Positions 10,635 to 17,814 of a DNA stretch of 64,000 nt are shown here, piece after piece; positions within the stretch are counted from its first letter, which is position 1, and each line of letters begins with the position of its first letter. This stretch comes from an uncultured Smithella sp. (lineage in GTDB: Bacteria; Desulfobacterota; Syntrophia; Syntrophales; Smithellaceae), in assembly GCA_964400795.1 (NCBI GenBank), contig CAYNWA010000003.1, positions 89,734 to 153,733 on the forward strand. The letters are read 5' to 3'. Position numbers and translations under genes: made by a program. The notes beneath the pieces are model-generated. The model was not told the DNA's origin. It made no database searches and saw nothing but the letters and a program-made list of their open reading frames with translations.

Positions 10635-10712
10635 AATGGATCAACTCACGAAAGTATTTTGTTACAAAATTGTGCTAAATGCAAACAATTTGTTAATTTC
10701 TAGGATGTAATT

Positions 10713-10728
10713 GGCAAAGAGCGTACCA
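10713..10728 (-). promoter_or_regulatory. Sigma-54 promoter candidate upstream of the activator gene itself
   Basis: The minus strand reads TGGTACGCTCTTTGCC (GG-N10-GC with a TTGC -12 box), about 80 nt upstream of the ATG at 10634. Confidence 0.5.
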
Positions 10729-10951
10729 AATAGCGACAACTTTGTAAAAAAATAGCAAAAGAGTGCAAAATTGTTATCGGGTTGAGATGGATAATACAAA
10801 AAATGATGAAATATATTTATACATTATAAGATATTAAGCCTTTTTGTAGATTTTTTTTAGTACCAACATTATTTATATGGATCGGTATAATATTCCAAAT
10901 TATTGACTAGATATTATCAGTCCCATTCAGGACAATTTATAGAAGCGTATG

Positions 10952-11647
10952 TTATTCGTCTTTTTGCAGCAGAAAAGAAAGGATGTAATCAATAAGTTCA
11001 TTGATGGATTGATATCTCTGGGAATTAGCCGAAAGAATTTCTTCTTCCGTCTGAATATAAGACGTCGGAATCAATTCGTCACGGCAGTTGTAAACAAGCG
11101 CCTGCGCCGCTTCGGGTGTGGTTTCCAGATGAAACTGCAGGCCGATCACCGATTTGCCGAGCTGAAATGCCTGATTTTCGCAAGCGTCACTTTTTGCCAG
11201 ACGGACGGCTCCAATCGGCAAATCAAATGTTTCGCTATGCCAATGAAACACATCCATCTTTGACGGAAAGTTAAAAAGTGAGGTGTCGTTTGAGGCAATT
11301 CCATAGATCGGAAACCAGCCGATCTCCTTTACTTTATTTTGATAAACTCTGGCACCCAGCGCGCCGGCAATAAGCTGAGCGCCCAGGCAAATACCTAAAA
11401 CAGGCTTTCCTGATTTGATGGTTTCGTTAATAAATTTTTTTTCAGCAGCGAGCCAGGGATGCTTGTCTTCATCACTGACGCTCATCGGACCGCCCATGAC
11501 GATAAGCAGGTCTATCGTTTTGAGATCGGGAAATTCTACTAATTCATAAAACCTGGTATGGGTTATTTCGAAGCCGGATTTTTGCAGCCCGGGTTCAATA
11601 CTGCCCAGCCCTTCAAACGGAACATGCTGAAAATAGTGTGCGCGCAT
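10952..11647 (-). CDS. Class I glutamine amidotransferase (stand-alone, GuaA-N/GATase1-like)
   Basis: GATase1 motifs GICLGAQL and HWHSETF. I place the start at the ATG of MRAHYFQH (11645-11647), because the TTG extension in the ORF track (to 11689) overlaps the tRNA-like element. Confidence 0.75.
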   Translation of the reverse strand: MRAHYFQHVPFEGLGSIEPGLQKSGFEITHTRFYELVEFPDLKTIDLLIVMGGPMSVSDEDKHPWLAAEKKFINETIKSGKPVLGICLGAQLIAGALGARVYQNKVKEIGWFPIYGIASNDTSLFNFPSKMDVFHWHSETFDLPIGAVRLAKSDACENQAFQLGKSVIGLQFHLETTPEAAQALVYNCRDELIPTSYIQTEEEILSANSQRYQSINELIDYILSFLLQKDE

Positions 11648-11670
11648 ATTTTTTTGCTTAAAGTCAACAG

Positions 11671-11741
11671 CTGAGGGGCAAGGACTCAAACCTCAATTCA
11701 TAGGGCCAGAACCTGTTGTCCTACCTTTAGACGATCCCTCA
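11671..11741 (-). tRNA. tRNA-Gln(CUG)-like element; possibly a real tRNA, a decayed tRNA or a tRNA-like processing signal
   Basis: Hand-folded 71-nt cloverleaf: TGAGGGA-TC-GTCT-AAAGGTA-GGAC-A-ACAGG-TTCTGGC-CCTAT-GAAT-TGAGG-TTTGAGT-CCTTG-CCCCTCA-G. Conserved positions kept: U8, G10, G18G19, U33, T54T55, A58, G53:C61, U1:A72, G73. Defects: two A/C mismatches (7:66, 28:42), T at position 56, no encoded CCA. Confidence 0.45.
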
Positions 11742-11748
11742 AATCCAC

Positions 11749-12618
11749 TTAGAAAGCAAAGCTCAGAGTTACGCCACCATAAAGATACGCGCAGTCCCTG
11801 TCGGAAGGATCAACGACCACCGTCCTTCCGACAGTTGTCCACGAACCTTCCAAACCGCGAGCCTTCATTTCGTATTTCGCATCATCGGATAGCGGGAAGA
11901 CATAACTTAACAGGGGAGTAATCGTAATATGGTCGGTCACTGAAACGGGCAGAGCCACAGAGATTACTCCGTCATGCAAATTATTGAACTTATCGTTTGT
12001 CGCCGCGTAATCACTATCGAATTCCGGATAGGTCGTTTCATCATCACTCTTTAAATAGCTTACGGTTGCCAACAGTTTTAATCCGACTTTATCATGCAGG
12101 GCAAAGGTGTGAGAAACACCCAGCGTCGCATACCACTGATGGTAATGGTCAATTTCTTTGTAAACCGTCAGCGTGGGCGCCAGAATGGTATTCAAGCCCA
12201 GCGTAAAAAATAACTCCTGCGAATCGAGCAAATCCGGCCCGCCCGGTGTCGCGGCTGCCAAACCGTAATAAATATATCCGCCGCCTACCTGTACAATGCC
12301 GAATTGATGCGAATAGGATAAAGTGACATCCGTCTCGGTATAGGTGGATGAATAGTCATCATCGACAGCGGAATACGGATTCGTATCCAGATTCCCCCAT
12401 AAATTTACCGTAAAACCCTTGTAAGCGGCGGTCATTGACGGTTGAACAACTACGCTGTGACGGGTCATCTCCTGACCGCGCCAGATATAGGCGCTTAAAA
12501 CACTGGCGGCGACCTCGCCGGTGACTTTATCTGTTGCTGCTTCCTCCTCCGCCCATGCCATCAATGATAGTGATGTAAAAAATATAGCAAGCAAAGTTAC
12601 CATTATTGTTTTCTTCAT
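11749..12618 (-). CDS. Outer-membrane beta-barrel (porin-like) protein
   Basis: 289 aa. Signal peptide (MKKTIMVTLLAIFFTSLSLMAWA), alternating aromatic/hydrophilic strands, Gly/Tyr-rich, C-terminal Phe (TLSFAF). Same strand and tight spacing with glnK. Confidence 0.65.
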   Translation of the reverse strand: MKKTIMVTLLAIFFTSLSLMAWAEEEAATDKVTGEVAASVLSAYIWRGQEMTRHSVVVQPSMTAAYKGFTVNLWGNLDTNPYSAVDDDYSSTYTETDVTLSYSHQFGIVQVGGGYIYYGLAAATPGGPDLLDSQELFFTLGLNTILAPTLTVYKEIDHYHQWYATLGVSHTFALHDKVGLKLLATVSYLKSDDETTYPEFDSDYAATNDKFNNLHDGVISVALPVSVTDHITITPLLSYVFPLSDDAKYEMKARGLEGSWTTVGRTVVVDPSDRDCAYLYGGVTLSFAF

Positions 12619-12656
12619 ATTTTTTCTCCCTTTTAATTAAAAATCTGATTTTCACT

Positions 12657-12998
12657 TCAGCCGATCGCCGATCCGCCGCGATCGCCGTTGCTGATTCTTA
12701 TGCATTCGGCAAGTTCAATGACAAAGATCTTTCCATCGCCAACCGAACCGGTATGAGCTCCTTTGGTAATCGCTTTGATAGTAGGTTCCACAAAGTACTC
12801 GTTGACGGCGATATCCAATCGGACCTTGTTGAGCAGGCCGCCGGCCTCTTTCGCGCCGCGGTATATTTCGGTGACGCCTTTTTGCCGTCCCTGTCCCAGA
12901 ACATTGGTTACAGTCATTAAATTTACTTCCACGGCCTCCAGTTCTTTTTTGACCGCATCCAGTTTGTGCGGTTGAATAATGGCAATGACGAGTTTCAT
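12657..12998 (-). CDS. glnK: P-II nitrogen regulatory protein (GlnK type, amtB-linked)
   Basis: 113 aa. MKLVIAIIQPHKLDAVK...GQGRQKGVTEIYRGA...GDGKIFV aligns with P-II throughout. It lies 12 nt downstream of amtB. Confidence 0.92.
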   Translation of the reverse strand: MKLVIAIIQPHKLDAVKKELEAVEVNLMTVTNVLGQGRQKGVTEIYRGAKEAGGLLNKVRLDIAVNEYFVEPTIKAITKGAHTGSVGDGKIFVIELAECIRISNGDRGGSAIG

Positions 12999-13010
12999 AT
13001 TTTATTCCTC

Positions 13011-14243
13011 CTATTCAATCACGGTATAAGCGGCTTCGCTTTGTTGCGTTAAATCCAGACCGACGATTTCGTTATGTTCTTCGACACGCATGCCGATGAA
13101 CGCATCCACAATCTTGTAGATGACAAAGGTCATGACAGCGGCAAAGGCGACGGTGACAAGCAGCGACAGAACTTGAACGCCGAGCTGATGCGCATTGCCG
13201 AAAAGCAGACCGTCGCTACCTGCCGCATTGACGACTTTTTCCGCAAACAGCCCTGTAGCGATGGTGCCGATGGTTCCGCCCACGCCATGTACGCCGAAGG
13301 CATCCAGCGAATCGTCATAGCCGAGTTTGCCTTTGATAATCGCTACGGCGATGTAGCAAACCCCTGCCACCATCATGCCGATAAACATGGCATTCATCGG
13401 GTTGACAAAACCACAGGCCGGCGTGACAGCAACCAGACCGGCCACGGCGCCGGTTGCGGCACCCAGAATGGTCGGGGAGCCGTTGTGCCACCATTCAATC
13501 AGAGCCCAGGTAATTCCCGCGGCGGCCGTGGCAATATGTGTGGTGACAAAAGCATTGGCCGCCAGACCATCCGCGGCCAGAGCACTGCCCGCATTGAATC
13601 CGAACCAGCCGAACCACAACAGTGCGGCGCCCAGAACCGTAAAGGGAAGGTTGTGCGGGCGGATGGGTTTGTGATTGTAACCAATCCTCTTACCCAGCAG
13701 TAAAGCTAGAACCAGAGCAGAAATTCCCGAGCTGACATGCACGACAATTCCACCGGCGAAGTCCAGCGCGCCCAGATTTCTCATCCAGCCGCCTACCGCC
13801 CAGACCCAGTGGGCTAAAGGATCATAGACCAGGGTTGTCCATAGCAGGGTGAAAACCAGAAAGGCGGAAAACTTTACCCGTTCCGCGTAGGCGCCGATAA
13901 TCAGGGCCGGCGTAATGATGGCAAACATGGCCTGAAAGATCATAAAGACAGAGTGCGGAATCGTCTTGGAATAATCGGGATTTGGTGCCGCGCCGACACC
14001 CGCGAGTCCTATCCAGTCCAGTTTACCGATGATGCCGTGAAAGTCCGGACCGAAAGCCAGTGAATAGCCGAACAGCATCCACTGGAGGCTGACGACACAG
14101 ACAATGATGAAGCATTGCATTAAAATGGAGAGAACGTTTTTGCGGCGAACCAGTCCTCCATAGAAAAACGCCAGTCCCGGTATACTCATTAATAATACCA
14201 ACGCGCTGGCTACCAAAACCCACGCTGTATCTCCCGAATTCAT
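13011..14243 (-). CDS. amtB: Ammonium transporter
   Basis: 410 aa polytopic membrane protein with Amt signatures (DFAGGIVVHVSSG, LDAFGVHGVGG). AAGGAGG RBS. Confidence 0.95.
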   Translation of the reverse strand: MNSGDTAWVLVASALVLLMSIPGLAFFYGGLVRRKNVLSILMQCFIIVCVVSLQWMLFGYSLAFGPDFHGIIGKLDWIGLAGVGAAPNPDYSKTIPHSVFMIFQAMFAIITPALIIGAYAERVKFSAFLVFTLLWTTLVYDPLAHWVWAVGGWMRNLGALDFAGGIVVHVSSGISALVLALLLGKRIGYNHKPIRPHNLPFTVLGAALLWFGWFGFNAGSALAADGLAANAFVTTHIATAAAGITWALIEWWHNGSPTILGAATGAVAGLVAVTPACGFVNPMNAMFIGMMVAGVCYIAVAIIKGKLGYDDSLDAFGVHGVGGTIGTIATGLFAEKVVNAAGSDGLLFGNAHQLGVQVLSLLVTVAFAAVMTFVIYKIVDAFIGMRVEEHNEIVGLDLTQQSEAAYTVIE

Positions 14244-14295
14244 AGTTTGTACCTCCTTAAACTTTTTTACAAATCATTGTTGCGACTTTCATTAG

Positions 14296-14311
14296 AGCAA
14301 GGACGGTGCCA
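14296..14311 (-). promoter_or_regulatory. Sigma-54 promoter for the amtB-glnK operon
   Basis: The minus strand reads TGGCACCGTCCTTGCT, a full match to TGGCAC-N5-TTGC(W), about 55-70 nt upstream of the amtB ATG. Confidence 0.72.
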
Positions 14312-14860
14312 ACATGAATTACAATGCGTTAGTTATTGTATTTATTAATATATTGTTGATGATGCGGTATGCGAGAAATGACACATTATTGTATCATTAC
14401 GATATTTTCATGACTTAAAATGTTGCTAATTTTTACTTGCGTGACGATTGAAGACAAACAAGATATGGAACAAAATTGTTAAAAAATGTTTCGGCGCAAA
14501 CCTGATAAAAGTCAGGTTTCAAATAACGTAAAGAATGTTCCAAAAATAAATTTTGTATTGTTGATGGAAATTAATATCCTTTAATTAAAAAATCTCTTCT
14601 TAGGAATAGCTAACAAAACTGTAACAGGAAAATGTTTCTGGCACAAAAATTGATACATTAATCAGCAGTCAGTTTGGTCTGCGTTTCTATCAAAACACAG
14701 ATAGAGGTTGTCAGAGAAAGCTTTTTTGCTGTAAGGTATTGGTAACGTTTATTAAAATTGAATATAAGACAGAAATCCGACGTTGCCGCAATCAGATGAC
14801 TCATTTTTTTGCGGAGTACAAAATTGTTCCGCAGCATATTTTAAATGAAGGAATAAAGTT

Positions 14861-17449
14861 ATGACATCATACGCCAGAGTAAGTTCAGGGATTGCCGGAC
14901 TGGATGAAATTCTCAATTCTTTGCAGATGGGCGACAACGTCGTTTTGCAGGTTGATAATATTGAAGACTACAAAAAATTTGTTGATCCATACGTGAAAAC
15001 CGCACTGGCACAAAACAGGCGCCTCGTTTATATGCGCTTTGCCAGTCATCCGCCTATTCTGGAAGCCAATAAGAAAATTAAAGTCTATAAATTAAATGCC
15101 AACAAGGGTTTTGAATCTTTTTCCACGCAGGTACATAATATTGTCCGGGATGAAGGACTGGATGTCTTTTATGTTTTCGACTGCCTGTCCGATCTGCTGA
15201 TGGCGTGGGCGACGGATTTGATGATCGGCAATTTTTTCGTCATCACCTGTCCTTATTTGTTCGAATTAAACACGGTAGCTTATTTCGCCATTCTGCGCAG
15301 CCGACACTCCTTCAAGACGATTGCACGGATTCGCGAAACTACACAGGTGCTTCTGGATGTTTACAATAACAAGGGTAAAATTTGTGTTCATCCGCTGAAA
15401 GCCTGGAAACGCTATACACCGACCATGTTTCTGCCGCACATTATGGAAGGAGATAAATTTGTTCCCATTTTGAACAGTGCTGATGCGGCGAGTATCCTTT
15501 CCTACCTGACGGATAAAAATGCCACCAGCAGCGAACGCAATCTTGATTACTGGGACCGCATTTTTCTCAAAGCCAACTCACTTCTGGAAGATCCGGATGC
15601 CGTACGGGAAAGGCAGGATATGGTGGAAACGCTTTCCCGCGTCATGATCGGACGGGAAAAAAGAATGTTATCTCTCGTGAAGGAGTATTTTACCCTGGAA
15701 GATTTGGTGGAAATTAAAAAACGCCTGATCGGCACGGGATTTATCGGCGGTAAATCCGTGGGCATGCTGCTGGCGCGTAATATTCTGCGCAAGGATCCAA
15801 CTTTTGATTGGGATGCCCAACTGGAATTGCATGATTCTTTTTACATCGGTTCAGACATTTTTTATTCCTATATGGTGCAAAATGGCTGGTGGAAACTTTT
15901 GATGGAGCAGAAAACTGATGAAGGATATTTTAAGATAGCCAAAGAGCTGAAAGAAAAAATGCTGCATGGTGTTTTCCCTGATGAAGTGAGGGAACAGTTT
16001 CTGTTCATGCTGGAATATTACGGACAGTCGCCGATCATCGTTCGTTCCAGTTCTCTGCTGGAAGACGCTTTCGGCAATGCTTTTGCCGGAAAATATGAAA
16101 GCTATTTCTGTCCCAACCAGGGTACGCCGGAAACACGATATAAAAATTTTGAAAATGCGGTAAAGAAAATTTTTGCCTCCGCCATGAACGAAGATGCTCT
16201 GACATATCGCCTGCATCGAGGAATGGCCCAGCAGGATGAGCAGATGGCGCTCCTGGTGCAACGGGTGTCCGGTTCGCACCGCGACACGTATTTTTTCCCG
16301 GATTTAGCGGGCGTCGGACTTTCTTATAATACGTTCGTCTGGCAAAAAGGCATGGACCCGAAAGCGGGTATGCTACGCATCGTCTTTGGTCTGGGAACAC
16401 GAGCGGTTAACCGCGTGGAAAACGATTATCCTCGCATTGTGGCTCTTGATGCTCCACTGATCAAACCCTACGCGAAGCAGGAGGATATTAAACGATTCTC
16501 CCAGAACGAAGTAGACCTGCTTAATCTTAAGGATAACGTTTTTCAAACTCTACCGGCTTCGGATTTGCTCGATTATTCCATCGAATCCCATCTGGACATG
16601 ATTGCCACACGCGATACGGCGGCCTCCGAATATTTCCGGTCACTGGGAAGAGAAGCAAAAGATGCCTGGATTCTGACGTTCGACGAATTGCTGGAAAACA
16701 CACCGTTTGCCAAAACGATGTCCAGCATGCTCAGAAAGTTGGAACAGGTTTACCGCTATCCAGTGGATATCGAATTTACGGCCAACTTCAATGCCGAGGG
16801 CAACCCCAAAATCAATCTTCTGCAATGTCGTCCTTTCCAGACCAAGGGACACTACAGCCGTGTGGAATTGCCGGAAAAAATCGAAAAGTCGAAAATACTT
16901 TTAAAACAGGATGCTAATTTCATGGGCGGCAGTATTTATCAGGCCATTTCCCGGATCATTTATATTGATCCCAAGGGTTATGCGGCATTAAGCCTTTCTG
17001 AAAAACACGAAGTCGCGAGACTGGTGGGTAAACTCAATAAACAAATAGGAAAACGGGATGTCATGCCCACCATTCTGCTGGGACCGGGACGTTGGGGAAC
17101 AACGACACCGGCGATGGGCGTTCCGGTTACATTCTCTGAGATCAATAACATCACTGCCATTGGTGAGATCGCTTATCATGACGGTTCGCTGATACCTGAT
17201 TTATCTTTCGGCACGCATTTTTTTCAGGATATGGTGGAAATGGATATTTTTTACATGGCAATTTATCCGGACAAGAAAGATGTCATTTTCAATACCGCGT
17301 GGATGAAAAAACAGCCCAATATCCTGACCGACCTGATGCCGGATGATGCCCGCTTTGCCAAGGTGGTTTATGTTTATGATGTGCGGGCAAAAGATCTGCG
17401 ACTGCTTTCGGATGTCGTTACTCAGAAGATGATTTGCTTTTTGGGTTAA
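14861..17449 (+). CDS. PEP/pyruvate-binding (PPDK N-terminal, ATP-grasp type) domain protein with a degenerate KaiC/RecA-like N-terminal domain
   Basis: 862 aa. The N-terminus RVSSGIAGLDEILNSLQMGDNVVLQVD resembles the KaiC/RadA-type GLDELL motif but lacks a P-loop. The central region (VRSSSLLEDAFGNAFAGKYESY, LVQRV) resembles the nucleotide-binding domain of PEP synthase/PPDK. Confidence 0.7.
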   Translation: MTSYARVSSGIAGLDEILNSLQMGDNVVLQVDNIEDYKKFVDPYVKTALAQNRRLVYMRFASHPPILEANKKIKVYKLNANKGFESFSTQVHNIVRDEGLDVFYVFDCLSDLLMAWATDLMIGNFFVITCPYLFELNTVAYFAILRSRHSFKTIARIRETTQVLLDVYNNKGKICVHPLKAWKRYTPTMFLPHIMEGDKFVPILNSADAASILSYLTDKNATSSERNLDYWDRIFLKANSLLEDPDAVRERQDMVETLSRVMIGREKRMLSLVKEYFTLEDLVEIKKRLIGTGFIGGKSVGMLLARNILRKDPTFDWDAQLELHDSFYIGSDIFYSYMVQNGWWKLLMEQKTDEGYFKIAKELKEKMLHGVFPDEVREQFLFMLEYYGQSPIIVRSSSLLEDAFGNAFAGKYESYFCPNQGTPETRYKNFENAVKKIFASAMNEDALTYRLHRGMAQQDEQMALLVQRVSGSHRDTYFFPDLAGVGLSYNTFVWQKGMDPKAGMLRIVFGLGTRAVNRVENDYPRIVALDAPLIKPYAKQEDIKRFSQNEVDLLNLKDNVFQTLPASDLLDYSIESHLDMIATRDTAASEYFRSLGREAKDAWILTFDELLENTPFAKTMSSMLRKLEQVYRYPVDIEFTANFNAEGNPKINLLQCRPFQTKGHYSRVELPEKIEKSKILLKQDANFMGGSIYQAISRIIYIDPKGYAALSLSEKHEVARLVGKLNKQIGKRDVMPTILLGPGRWGTTTPAMGVPVTFSEINNITAIGEIAYHDGSLIPDLSFGTHFFQDMVEMDIFYMAIYPDKKDVIFNTAWMKKQPNILTDLMPDDARFAKVVYVYDVRAKDLRLLSDVVTQKMICFLG

Positions 17450-17599
17450 GAATATTATTGCAGAATCAAGTATACCGTAATGATACGAGAAACTTATAAA
17501 GATAAAATATTTTGCCCCTTTGTTTTTCACGATAATCATCTTCATGGATATCAACATATAAATTCAGAGGAAAAATAAAAAATGCAAACAACGAACGGA

Positions 17600-17628
17600 T
17601 TGACAAGCTTTAAAAGATGATTTAATTA
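17600..17628 (+). promoter_or_regulatory. Sigma-70-type promoter candidate for the riboswitch-kup transcript
   Basis: TTGACA (17600-17605), 17-nt spacer, TAATTA (17623-17628), about 12 nt before the riboswitch P1 stem. Confidence 0.4.
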
Positions 17629-17640
17629 CATACAAAATAT

Positions 17641-17744
17641 GCCTAATCCTGATGTTCAGGAACGGAGGAACCAATTTTTTGGGGCGTATCGCTACGGCGT
17701 AGGGTAACCTCTTCGACCCAAGCCCTTCAGCTAACTTCGTAGGC
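17641..17744 (+). promoter_or_regulatory. c-di-AMP riboswitch (ydaO/kimA class) aptamer
   Basis: GCCUAAUC-CUGA..UCAG-GAACGGAGGAACC...UUGGGGCG...GUAGGGUAAC...ACCCAAGCCCUUCAGCUAACUUCGUAGGC follows the conserved ydaO-type blocks (GGAGGAACC, GGGG, GUAGGG, ACCC-A-NCC-N-UCAGCUAAC-N-UCGUA-GC). GCCUA/UAGGC closes P1. It sits in the 5' leader of a K+ transporter gene, the classic context. Confidence 0.82.
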
Positions 17745-17814
17745 TTCGATGAGGAGAACCTTCCGGAGTAAACCGGAGATTATTCTCCCCTAAAACAGAC
17801 TTCGGAGGTCTTAT

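Noticed and set aside
11648-11689. TTG-initiated 14-codon N-terminal extension of the class I amidotransferase ORF, as given in the ORF track.
   Set aside because: The extension overlaps the 3' half of the tRNA-like cloverleaf and adds a non-conserved peptide (MSPCPSAVDFKQKN). The internal ATG (MRAHYFQH) gives a normal GATase1 N-terminus. The true start remains unverified.
14639-14654. Plus-strand TGGCAC-AAAAA-TTGA upstream of the PEP/pyruvate-binding gene, a possible sigma-54 promoter.
   Set aside because: The highly conserved C of the -12 GC is an A, and the element is more than 200 nt from the ATG. Not called as a promoter, though a weak or activator-dependent sigma-54 promoter cannot be excluded without transcription start data.
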